Shown here piece by piece: positions 1-12,572 of a DNA stretch of 64,000 bases (the stretch's first letter is position 1; the number at the start of each line of letters is the position of its first letter). The stretch is taken from positions 4,464,001-4,528,000 of the forward strand of contig CM114271.1 of assembly GCA_050084515.1 (NCBI GenBank), read 5' to 3'. The notes under the pieces were generated by a model. It saw only the letters and a list, made by a program, of their open reading frames with translations. It searched no databases and was not told the origin of the DNA. A program made the translations under genes and the position numbers. This DNA comes from Blasia pusilla (lineage: Eukaryota).

Positions 1-2830
1 TCATATTCATCATTTCCAATATCTAAAAAAAATCTCTTTCACGAGTTAAAGGGAGCACATGACCATTACACGGATGCCACACTCCGGATTATTTATTTAT
101 TTTGTTTGTAGTATGGCATTATGTTCACCACTTGAAATTGAGGGATTAAATATTTATTTTAAAATATTTATAAATAGTTTTGACTATGTTATTGACCCCA
201 ATTAGAGACCTTTATTGACGAAAATATAGGTGGATAAATATCAGTCTTTTAGATAATTTTTTTCTGAATTTAAATTTACACTGAATGTGTATCGTTTCTC
301 CACCTTTATCAATTCATACCCTCGTATTAATACACACCCCACTATTTCTTTCCTATGACTTGTATGTATGGACACCTAAAACTAGTGGTGCTTGTAGAAG
401 CTTGGCATGAAAATATTCTTCATGGATGTTTGAAAAGTTTAGGGTATATATAAAGCATATATATTTGGCTCCTTAGCATAAAGAGAAATTTTTTTATTTT
501 ACAATAAAGTGGAAAACTTACAAGTGAAAAAAAAACTATTTTCTTCATTGATGCAAATAAATGTTTTGCTCTTGTTAAACGTGTCCCAATAGTGTAGCAT
601 TGCCAAGGCCTCCATTATTTAAACTATAGTTTTCTTTCCTTTTATATGTTCAAGAGTGATGGTGTTATATGTCTCCTCACTTTATCCTCTCATGATATTG
701 TACTTTTGTCATTGGAAGAATCTTCTTGACTTTTTCTTGCATGGAGATTGTTCCAACACTCTTGAGTGTCTTCTAGTATGGGGTAAATGATTGATCTCTT
801 ACCATATTGATTCGTTTGCATACTTTGAATTTTTCTCATTCACTCACATTCTCACCTAATTTCTTTCTTTTCAAAGTGATTGGTAAATGGAGACTTTGAT
901 GAACTATAGAAACAATCTTGCCTCCATTCACCTTTCCCTTTGAGTCACTTCAACCGTTGCCCATTAGGGACTTATACTCACTTCTTCGGCACCAAATACT
1001 TTTGATTGCTATGTACATACATCCATAACCACTATTTAGTATTTATTGACAAGACCTATTTTGCTTTGATTTCTTTGCTCTCTTTGATAAGTTTTATGCA
1101 TTCATAAGGCCAGTTTGGGTGTTTTCTTGACTGAATTTTCTTTTCATTTATTTTTATCTCCTATCTTTAGTGGCTACATTGGGTGACACATGGCAAAGTG
1201 AACATTTGGTTGCAAGGACATATCACAAAAGGAGCAATGCTTTTTAATGATCCCAACAGAAATTCAATCTTTTAAAATTTTATTCGATTTTATTGAACCA
1301 CTGAGAATAATAAAGAACACGTAGTTAGCCCTCGATAAATATCTCCATGAGCTTTGTTGATTTATCTCAAGACCCATTATATAGTAGTGGAAGTGCATGC
1401 ATGCATGCTTGTGAATGAGGTCGGGTAATAAGCTCATGCATTCCCTTAGTGTAGGGAAGCTACATCTCTCTCCAATCATGCTCCCTAGAGTTCTCATACT
1501 AGGCTTGACCTTGCTTGCATAGGGTACAAGTCGGTATGTGTGGGCTTCAAGTCCCCCTTTTTTAAAACTTCTGATGGATTCCCCATCTTCAAGTTTTGTT
1601 TTGCAAGTTGAACTCTTCTTCAAGGCATGCTTCTATTTGAGTAAAACGGAGTGCAAACGTGGGGATGAGGTTGGGCGGTGGGCGTGTTTCTTGGCTACTT
1701 GGGAGAAATGGAATGTGATGGGAGATCAGCATGATCGAGGACTAAAATGACTTATGATATCTTATCCCTCATGGCACAAGGACCTATCTTTTTCGAGGAA
1801 GTGAATGAGTTTCCTACCCAAGGTGGCCATGACTCAAGGATGGATGGGTGCGAGGTACATAGGGAAGGCGAGGAAAATTTGTGGTTTAGAAATATTAGAT
1901 TGTTCACATGCTCACAACTTCTTAGAGGGGTTCTTTCTTTATTCCATCACTAACTTAATTGAGCTTAGTTTCAGCCTCGAAAAATAACTCCTATTTTTCC
2001 CCTTGTGCATCTAGCTTATCCACGTGGATTCTACTATCAATCGACCACTCACAATCTCTTCCCACCCGAATTTCTTCCCATGTCAAAGGGGCCGCACACT
2101 GATTTTAAGTATAGAGAAAAAAAACTAGAGCTCAACTACAAAATTCCTAGAAATTATGATGTCTAACAACTACCTTAAGGAGAAATATAATAAGAAAGGA
2201 AAGAGCAAAAGAAGAAACTTACCATAAATCCGAATTAGTGTAATGCCCGTGCTAGGCACACACGAGGAGAAAGGCATTCTAGGCCCTGCTAATTTAGTTA
2301 AATATAACACGTGTGAACACTGAAGGAGGGTTGAAAGGACATATGTCAACACCAAATGAGGGGTTGTCTAACCCCATCCTCTTTTAATTATACAAAAGAT
2401 AGATGAGTGTGCTTATTGAGTAAACCTATTAAACTTTCCACTTTGATGTTAGAGCCTTTCAATGGGCATCTTACTAACCAAGAGGGAAAGGATAAGTGGG
2501 CATATTCATTGGAATGGTTTTAATTGAAAGGACCATGTCCTCTTCTTAAGAGTTCTATAGACCTATTCCCTTCAGAGATGCAACCATGGGGTCGTTGGGC
2601 CTGCCCAATAGCAATCGGAAAAATTTCCGTCAAGATTTCTGTAGTTGCTATTTCCTCTTTGACTTCACGGGTTCCCCGATTCTTGACAGTCCGAAATGAG
2701 CGGTGGCAAAGTCGCAAAGGCTTGGGCCTTGCCTTATAGCTACCCATCCATTAGATCTTTTAGATCTTGGGTGATGTGGAACCTTAAGCCGGGTACGGGC
2801 CACCTTAGCTGCAGGACCCCCTGGTCCTTG

Positions 2831-3053
2831 GGACCCAGTCTCTTGCGGCTAGCTCCCTGCCTAGTCGCAATGGGGGTCGTTGCGACCGTCTTATAGTAAT
2901 GGTGCAATCTCCTTCTCGTTGGATGGAAATAGATGGTAACACAGTCGCAAAACTTGCGCGAATCGTGTCGCATGAATGCCATCCGTAGGATCAACAAAGA
3001 TCCGGAACGCTCCGGCCGGGTCATGCCGACCTCGGCCTCATGGGGCCGGGTCC
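2831..3053. mobile_element. Tourist/PIF-Harbinger-like MITE (degenerate copy)
   Basis: Left end GGACCCAGTCTCTTG and right end CATGGGGCCGGGTCC followed by TTA. The first ~60 bp align with the reverse complement of the right end of the MITE at 36713-36945. Confidence 0.6.
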
Positions 3054-3276
3054 TTAAGGAAGTCGCGCTTACACTTTCCACGACGTGAAAATTGAAAGCT
3101 CTGCATTCCCATCTCAACTTCGGAAGTTCTAGATAATTTGAAAAGTTGGAGGAAGTTGGGGCTGCTGGAACTCAGCGAGTCCATCCATTAATATATATCA
3201 ACGAGGAATCCCGTATGAGACAAGAGAGACGACTTTAAAAATTGGAGGGTAGTGCGTAGAGGAATCGAGTAATAGA

Positions 3277-3341
3277 GCTCTTTTCGTTACCTCATCCGTT
3301 CGTAGAGAACGAACGGACGAGGTAACGGACAGGAAAAGAGC
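3277..3341. other. Inverted repeat / stem-loop (19-bp upper stem, 5-nt loop, 8-bp lower stem)
   Basis: CGTTACCTCATCCGTTCGT-agaga-ACGAACGGACGAGGTAACG has one mismatch, which becomes a G:U pair on the minus strand. GCTCTTTT pairs with AAAAGAGC after a 6-nt bulge. Confidence 0.7.
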
Positions 3342-3717
3342 GGAGTTCAAAATGGTCGAGTGGAGTCGAAAATTGTATTGGAACGAGGAGATCCTGCGAG
3401 AGACAAAAGGGACCAGAGAGATATGGAGAGAGAGCGAGAGAGAGAGAGAGAGGGAAATCTCGTGCACTTTTCCTGATCTAGGGGAACGATGAACTCACTG
3501 CACATCATCTGTTGGAGCTCATTTGTTTAATGGCTTTCGTGCGACCCTCAGGCGCCACCATGTCGTGTTCTGGAGCGATTTTGTCATTTGGTGCCGATTG
3601 TGGACTCCCAGCACAAACTCACGATGCGCAGAATCGCAGATATGTTGCGTGGTGATCCAGCAATCGCGCTCGTTTTCTGCACAACCACTTGCGCGGAATG
3701 GGAAAAGCATGCAATCA

Positions 3718-3800
3718 TTGACTCTGGATCATTTAGGGATTGTGTGCAAATGTTTTTGACTCTGGATCATTTAGGGATTGTGTGCAAATGTTTTTGACTC
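3718..3800. repeat. Exact 38-bp tandem duplication
   Basis: ACTCTGGATCATTTAGGGATTGTGTGCAAATGTTTTTG starts at 3721 and again at 3759. Confidence 0.9.
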
Positions 3801-6504
3801 CATGTGATGTGTTCGTTTGATTGTGTGCGTCTTTGTATGTGCTTGAGCGCATCGCGGAATTTAAAATCCATGGTTCCGCTCTACTTCGCGTCATTTAAAA
3901 AGTCTATTTCAGGAAAGAGCCAAGCTAGCAGATGCTGTGCTGGGAGGTCGCTGCAAATGGAGACTACCTCGCGTACGACAGGCACAGTGCGAGGAGAACT
4001 GTAGCAATGAACAGTGGAGGAGCGGATCTGGTGATGAGGGAAAAGATGAAATGACTAGGGAGTAGGTTTAATTGCGGAAGCGCTGCGAGTCGTACCAAAA
4101 CATCTCGCGATGACTGCGGCGTTAGATTTTCTTGTGACCTTGGAAAGGAGAAATTGAAAGTGTCCACTACGGAATGGGAGACTCAGACGCTTCGCATGCC
4201 AGACATTGCGCAGAATGAGAGAGGAGATTGTTTATGCCTTCGAGTTGAGAATTTGGAAAACTGTCAAATACTCCTCACCATATGCACAGACAGCTAGCTA
4301 GCTATTTGGACTTCTTCACCGAAAGAATGCCTTCCTACTCCTTTTCGGCGAAGAAATACTCTCGCGCCGAGAGAAACCTGGAAAACAGTTCCAACAGTCG
4401 GGATTTGTTCTACTTCTTCTTCTTCTACGAACGACTGCTGAACGATTCCCTGCACAGTTTCGTGAAACAAATGCATTAGCCTTCTCCATGTGAGACATTT
4501 TCATCTAGGTTCACGTCTCAGGGCTATTGATGCCTGGAGAACCGGACGATCATATGTTACGCGCAGAGGTAAAACTGTTCGCCATGAATCGGTAGAAGAG
4601 CTGTCAAATGTCAAACAGTCCCGCAAGGTTGTCCACACGATGGCACGAGCCATTATTCTGCATCCATCATGGGCACTCACGAGTTCCCTTGTGTGAGCCT
4701 GTGAGGAGTTCCGCCTTCTCATATATTACGCAGGCGCAATGTCATAAATGACATTCAACTGTGTGTGAATGCATGAGGACATGCAGAGACGCGTGCAGAC
4801 GAAAGGCAATTTCGTCCTGCGCAGGAGTCACCAGCAAGACGTGTAAGACCTCGGGAGGAAAACGCAATACATACATACCGTGACTGCGTAATGCCAGTAG
4901 CAGGTGGTGAGAAGCACGGAATACAGTCCGGTGCCGCACCAGTAATGATCTAGAAGTCAACGGCCCTAGGCGACAGTGCATCGTTCTTCACTGTCTGCCG
5001 TGTGATTCGCTCGCTCGGGAGTGCAGGCATATCTCACAGGGACAGATTGATTATCCATGTGCTATTGTTCGAAAAGAGCATTTACAAAATGCGTCTGGAT
5101 GAGGAGTCGAGGACACATAATGCATCTGGAAATCGAATATTGCCTTCCTGCGATACGAGAGCAGAAGCTATTTATGTCGCGGTGAAAGTCAGGTTTACAC
5201 GAAGTGCCGATTTCCAATTGTCTGCAGGGCGTTATTGAATGAGGACCGGCACCGTCACAGTGCGTGCGGACAGGTGAACAGGGAAGGCACGACACGCAGA
5301 CATTTATGCGTGTTTGCAGAGACTTTCTCGACATTGCTGCGAATCTTTCCTCAAAGACGACGTCTCCGGCTCTAACAAATTACAAAAGCGGCATAGCCTC
5401 CTCCCGCTGCTCCCCACCCCCATATCCGGCCGATCCCGGCGTGCTGCAGCCGAGTCTGCAACTCAATCATCGTCGGCATCATACACACATGACGTAAGGA
5501 CGTCAGGAGATCATTGCCACGGCGGGAAAAAAAATTACGAAGTCATAACAGTCAGCGGTCTGAAACTCTGAATTGTGGAGCGATCACCAAACGGCAGTGC
5601 CTTGGAGCGGATTGCACGGATCGTACGCGGGGTGGCCTGAGCTTCCACGAAGTGAATGGCCGGCACTGCGTCTTCTAGCGAGGGCGGTTCCAGTTGATCA
5701 AAGTCGTCGTCTTCGTCTTAGGGTTGGCGTCCAGGACTTCAGGTCTGCTTGTGCTACACTACTACACTACAGTCGCCCAAGGCGCAACATGCGCATATGT
5801 TTCCATCCCAGAGCTCCTATTCTGTCATAATCATGTCCGGTCGCACGAAGCCACACATGAACGTGGCTGCCATCGCAAGAGGCAGGGAGTTCTCGTGATC
5901 ATCGACGTGGTCCAACACCTGACGAGCTGGGCAAAGGAGACTTCTAAAAACGCAATAGAACGCAAAAAAGTGCCCTGACCTGAGCTGACCACTTCCCAAA
6001 CTGCTGGGAAGAACATTGATCTATTTATCACAGAAGATAGTGAGCGATTCTCCCCACGACTCTTAAGATCACATACTACTTATACACAAGACTGACAGGC
6101 CAGGACCAGAAAATTTTATAATATGGGTTTTATTGGATACAAACTGATCTCTGAAGAGTATTTCATTGCTGTTCAGGACAGACATTAGGTGCACGACATG
6201 TGCACTCAATTTTTTGTTTGCCGACTCCAACAGGGCTTTAGAAAATGAATTAATTGTATACACAAAATGCCTACCAAAAGGCTGTCACAATTCTTGTAAC
6301 TAGTCTTCGTTGAAGCCAATGAAACACGTTCCACCATCCAGTAAGCCATTCTAGCTGCTGTTCAAGGGCTGGGACACGCCTTCCCAAACTATATCCTGCC
6401 TCTGGTCAGCCAAGTGCCTTACATGACCAGGTTAAGAGAGCGTTATGCAAGTAATCCCAGGAAAGGAACTTCTTTGTTACCAGAAGAATATCGGACCACT
6501 AAAT

Positions 6505-9500
6505 TCAGTCGTTTCTTACCAGCTTCACATTTTTGTACAATTGCCGTAACTCCTTCATAGCTTTCTCTTCTATCTGAATACAACGTATGGTGGAAGGGCC
6601 AGCTGCTTCTGGTTTAAACCACCGATTTGGTGTATCTGTTGAGCTGACCTCTGAGCTGGGCCCAGGAGCTGATAAAGGAGATCCCGTAATGGGGCTGCTT
6701 AGTTGGGGGCTTCCCCGAGGGTGAGAGGGTCGCTTTGACTTGACCTGCTCAGAATATTTCCAGAGAGTTAGTGCTCAGAAAACAATGTGGACAGACGTGA
6801 GTGGCTTTCCTGTCATTAAAGAGTTAAACAAGAACTTGCTCTGTCATGACAAAGAAACAAAAGTTTTGTATGAGTACCTGCTGCATCTGAATAGTTCGCA
6901 GTGAAGATGCAGTAGATCCAGAGGAGGCAGATGCCCACGGAGGGGGACTGTTATCTGGATTGTCTCCGATGACAACAGGGGAACCTCGGGTATGACTTAC
7001 AGCAATCGGAGAAGTGCGCACAAATTGACTCAGTGGCACACGCATCAAGGTGGTCTCTGCATCCTCAACTATAGCTGTACTCGCAGTTTCAACCTGCTTG
7101 ACGGCCGACACACTTTTCTCAATTGCCACATTTTTTCTTGGACCCCTCTTCAAGGCTTGGCCAAAGTCCAATTTTGGCTCTGACTTTTGCTGTGTCTGAA
7201 TTACTCGAAGAGAGGTTGATCCTTTAACAATATTCACTCCACCCCAAGCTGGCCCCTCAACCTTAGGTGTTACTGGAATTGGTGCTTGCACCACAGGCTT
7301 CTGGGGTTCATCGAGGGCACCACTCAGGAAGACAGAAAGGCCACCCTTAACAACCCTCTTGCCCAGGGTTGTCATCTTTCGTGGCAGAGGTGACTGCTCT
7401 AGTTGCTCACTAGGATCTCCAAACGAAATGCCTTTGGTGGGAGTATGTTTACTCTTACAAGAAGAGCCTGCGTGTGTGCCTGAGTCTTGCCCTGATCCCT
7501 CGGCAGTACCAGAAGTAAAACCCGAGATTGTTTTGAAACTCGTACTTGAGCTCAGTTTAGAATCTGTACTTGGGATGGAAAACCTTGGGCTTTCATGAAC
7601 TGAGGTTACAGGCTTCTGTGTGACTGTCGCTTCCTGCCAAATAAAGGAAACACAATAGATTTTTAACAAAAGTGTGAAAAAGCTAATTTCACAAAATCAA
7701 TCATTTGGTCCGAATCCATCAATGTATGCAAACTTCAGCACAGAAGAATTCAACGCATTCAGGCTTGAAGATACCACACAGGATCTGAAAGGAGCAAATA
7801 CAATATTTTAGCCATGTTAACCTAACTCACATACTCATTCTTCAGAATCCTGTTAAGCATCACACATGAGTGGGAGGGTATTATCAGAGTACCTTCTTAG
7901 AATGCAGATCCCCATTTGAACTCTGACCTTCGATCCTCTTTTTCTCCAGTTTCCGAGGCTGTTTAGAACCACCTGCCTTACCTCTAGCACTCTCTTCCAA
8001 TATATGAGACTTTTCTTTAGTACCCCTATTGCAGTCAACTTCTTCCTTGGATACTTCTTTCACTGCTTCAGGTAATACTCCCGCTTCAAGTGAACAAACC
8101 AACTCCTTGAGCTCCCACTTTGTCCGTAGCTTGGCAACCTGCTGGTCATCTAGAGTATGTCCCCTGGCCTGCTTGAGTTCAAGAGCTTCAATCTGCTGCA
8201 ATTTTTTCCTAACTGCTCTAAGTTGTTTCAATATTGCAGATCCATTTTCATCAGTAGTTTGTAGGAAACCTTCACTCAGGCTTCTGCCATTGAAGTTTTC
8301 AGAGAGGTCTACCTCTCGTGTAGAGCCCCTTGGGCGAGAGTCACTACCAAGCTCGTCCTCCTCTTCACTGTCAATAATTGCTGGCAGTGTTGCACTTGGA
8401 GTTGGTAATCTCCGATGGCTCCAAGGCTGTGTGGAGCTCTCATCCAAAGCTTTTTCCACTTCAGCCAAGAGAGTCGGTCTTACATTTCCAAATAAAACTG
8501 GAGCAATAGTGAGGATATAGTCCAGATTCCGTAGAACCAGCTCCTACACAGATACCACCCCGTATTTTCAAGGTCAACTACCACACAGTAAACAAGACGA
8601 CCAAAGCCACACCCAGTATTATATGAACATAAGTTCCACAGAAGAAGGTAGTCACGTTCTATTAAAACATTTCATTAAGTACCTGCAATGATACTTTTCA
8701 CTGGAAGTGTTGAAGGTGAAACCATTAGCTTACCTCACAATGTCGTCGGAGAAGATCAGCGCCCAGCGAATCTGCAAACTCAAGAAGTTGCAAGGCATTC
8801 TTGGGCTCTACAACCGATTGCGCAATCACTTTTTGGCATAAATCTTTCAAGCTCGGTACAGATTTACAAGCACCATCAGATTCCCCGAGGCCCTTATTTG
8901 GACCAGATAGTCTCAGAAATAATTCATCATCATCAGCTTCAGACTCCAATTCCATTTCCTCATTCCCCTTGCGTAAATTCTGGACAGATGCACCAATCCC
9001 TGTGTCGCTGCTCAAAGGATAGTCGGGAATGAAGAATGCAGCCACCACCACGGAATGATTCTCCCCGACAGACACATGTGTGGCATGTTTAATTCCATGC
9101 ACACGAATTGGTACTGGAACTGAGTCTACCTTACAATCTTCTCCATCCCATGAATATACATCTCCCTTCGATGTCACTACTCCTGTCCGATACTTGCCAG
9201 AAGACACATGCACAGCTTGATGTCCTGCTATAGATGTAAGCTGAACAAGAGAGCATCATGTCATTCAGAATTAAATCAATGCTAGGACTCCGTCTTCCAC
9301 AAATAGATGATGTGACAAGAATCAAGCCTGAGTGAACAATCATGATTAGTGCCTTGACTGTCTTTTGTACAAGTACAAAACATGGCTTGAGAGCAAAACT
9401 GAATCCAACCATGCCCACATTGAAAATCCAGAGAACTTCGATTTCTGAGAGGCTGACCTGGCGACATCGAAGCTGGGGATCAGCAGAGAACCAGTAAAAC

Positions 9501-12500
9501 ACGAGACCATCTTCAGATAGAGCTGTGCTATGAGTCATTCCTGCTGATATAGCTACCACATGTAAACGTTCTGACAAATGAAATTTGACAGGCTGAGATC
9601 CTGCTTTTCTGGTGTTTCGTGTGACAAGTATACGCCGTGGATTGACCATTTTGTAGCCCCAAGTGAATACCTGTAAGAGGGACCTCATTAGAAAGCTGAG
9701 AAATTAAAATGAACTAACAATCTCCAAGCACAGTTCTGTCAATTCCCATGGCCATATTGGCTTCCCATGGATAATAAATCACTTCATCCATTCACTCTCT
9801 CAAGTTTATCCTATCTCTCCCTTCTTCTCATACAATGCTGATTACGTCTAGACTAAGATCCCCACAGGTAAATGACTGATATACATAAAGAACAGTTCCT
9901 GAGCTAAGTATCAATCTCTCGACATTCTATGGTAATCCTGCACGAGGCCCCCACTTTCATCCAAACAGGAAAGACGAATTGGGTTGAATGGCCCAACTCA
10001 CCTCTCCTTCTGCTCCCAACACTACAGTGTGATATTTAGCTGTGGCCACAGACGTCAACTTTTTCCCCTTCAGACAATCAACACAACGTGGAATGTAATT
10101 TGAAGTGGAATTCGACGTCCCGTAGCCCAACTGGCCCTCAAGATTGCAACCCCAGGTGAAAACCTCCCCGGCTTCTGTTAAAACCGCATTGTGCTTGTTT
10201 GCTGCTGCCACTCTGACAACTTTGGCTTTCAAGATGTTTACACGGCGGGGAGTTGGTTGTGTATCAACTGAAGGATACCCAAGACGGCCCTCTGCAAATC
10301 CGAAAGAACATATCAGTAGGAAGCCAAACAGCATTATACCTCTTAAATGCCTGGAATTCCAAAATCAGCAATATCTGAAAAATAGAGAAAATATAATACT
10401 AGGTTCCTCTAAATGATGCAGATGTTCCAAAATCCAGTTGCTTGACCACAAGTTTGACACAATTGGCAGGAATAAGAAGAAAAACTGCACTGAATTTGGA
10501 ATCAGAAGATGAATATTCTTTATTTACTGCATGGAAATCATAATCTATAAATTCCTTGCCTCGATTTGAACCCCAAGTGTACACTTCTCCCCCATCTGTG
10601 GCCACAATGGTATGGTGTTTGGCAACAGCTATCACCTTCACAGCTCTGCATCCGAAACTATTTGTGATCTGGCGAGGAACAATGACTGCAACCTGACCAC
10701 TGCAGGAAAAATACGAGAGCTGTATTAGACTGTAATCCTGTGTGAATTGCAGAGAGAAGCGGACAGCCAATATCTTCTCAGGGAATTCCAGAGTTCTCTC
10801 ACTCGAAACATATGGTGCTTTGTTCTCATACAAAATGATCTTATATTTCCTTTTAAAGAGATGTATTGCTCTCGTACTAATTCTAACAGCCTGTTGAAAG
10901 GCAAGAAGTTGGAAAATCCATTTATCACAACAAGCTGTAAGGTCGTGAGTTGACCTATGAATGTCAAAGTCAGGATGTCCCAACCGACCGCCTCGTCCAA
11001 AACCCCAGGAGTACACTTCACCAGTAGCGGTGAGGGCCACACTGTGGAATTTAGCAGCTGCAACATCAATGACATCATTTCCTTGCAAGGCATCCACACG
11101 ACCTGGTACTCTTAAAATGCCTGTTGTCCCAATGCCTAGCTGATAATTGGACCCATTGCCCCAGCTGAACACTTCTTTGGAGCCTGCAGTCATAGAAATG
11201 AGTGTGAATTAAACCTGAAAGTTTCTCTTTCAATAAACACTAGCGAGAATCTTAAACAGAACCTCAAGATACGTGGATGAGCATAGCTAGAGATCAATCT
11301 ATCTCCTTGGACAGAATCACCAAGGAGGACTACGGAAAATTTCTCAGGTCCATGACACAGATGAGATGTGCAGCTGATATAGCAGCAGACAGTTTGACGG
11401 GTTGGGCTGGGGCTGGGCTGGGCTGGGCTGGGCTGAGCTGGGCTTGCGTTTAGCAATTGGAATTAGAATCTTGCCAGGGGTTATGATTTTTCTCCCATTC
11501 AAGGTGTTGATGGGAACATGTTGTGATTACTTAGATAGGAACAATAGCTCCTCACATTGGACCAGGGATGGCAGGTCATCCAGATGTTCTTATACTTTTC
11601 AAACTCATTTCTTCAACCCTGGTGAGAATAGCTTTCTCTTCTGCCCACCACGGTGAACACTTTCCTGAGACTATCTAAAGAGTTCAATTTCCATTTCCGG
11701 GTTTTAAGATCTGAATGGAAACTTTCGACAATTGCACATAAATCCTGAACTCCTGATGTGATCGTTATGTTGACATTAGTAGTCATGTCTTGATCTTAAA
11801 CAAGTGCATAACACTTACAGCAGTCTCGAAGGTGGACTCCTACACTTCTCATGGGTATGAGAATCACACCTGAATTGCTTGAGGTGAGCATTGACTGTTT
11901 CAGTGGACCCGATGTAAGGTCAACTGGTGTGCGGCCCTTTGAGTCCTCAAGAACCAAAGAGCCACCCGCTTCAATTAGCAGCCCAGCCACAGCAAGATGT
12001 CCAAAATGAAGGGCCTTGTGAAGGCTGCTCCATCCTGACTCTCCATCCTGAAAGAGCAGAAATCAATCAAAACTGAGTTTGTGATCAGGTTGCAAAGTCA
12101 GTTCAAAAAGCTTTTAGGATTAAAATTTTGAAACTCTCCGACTGCATGATGGCAATTGTGTGTACAATTCCTTTTATTCTATAATTCTACCTAATGTAAT
12201 ACGTTCAGCAGTATCACTCAAGTGCTAGGATATTCAACAAAAGAAGTAAAAACAACTTAATTGGTTGGCAAGATGATGGAGTACAGTGGTTTTTACCCGA
12301 GAATTAGGATCAGCTCCTGCAGCCAGAAGTCTCCTGACAACTGGAAGATGATTTCTCCAAGTTGCAACATGTAGAGCAGTGGAGCCAAAAGCAGTCTTGG
12401 CGTTGATATTCCCATTGGTTTTCTTCAGATGAGCTAGTGCCACCTCCACATCATGCACACTTCCATTTCGTGCTGCTGTCCAGAGATCTTTGGAAGTACC

Positions 12501-12572
12501 ACTGACAGAGATTTTGCGATGTGACACTGGCCTAGCAGATACACCTCCCAACGGAGCCCAAAAGCTATCCAT
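6505..12572 (-). CDS. Ankyrin-repeat / RCC1-repeat protein (IBTK-like, At3g03790-type), multi-exon
   Basis: N-terminal ankyrin repeats (GSTALHVATWRNHLPVVRRLLAAGADPN; GRTPVDL) and several RCC1 repeats (VFSWGNGSNYQLG, VYSWGFGRGGRLGH, VFTWGCNLEGQLG). A BACK-like helix (SLKDLCQK...LLEFADSLGADLLRRHCE) and LRAVRKKLQQIEALE follow. The last exon reads NRWFKPE...IQIEEKAMKELRQLYKNVKLVRND*, with the stop at 6505-6507. Exons are bounded by GT-AG introns. Confidence 0.92.
11403..11443. repeat. (GGGCT)n pentanucleotide microsatellite in an intron
   Basis: TGGGCTGGGGCTGGGCTGGGCTGGGCTGGGCTGAGCTGGGC. Confidence 0.85.

Noticed and set aside
4282-6031. Many short overlapping ORFs
   Set aside because: No coherent exon chain or protein motif was found; they are expected by chance in GC-rich DNA.
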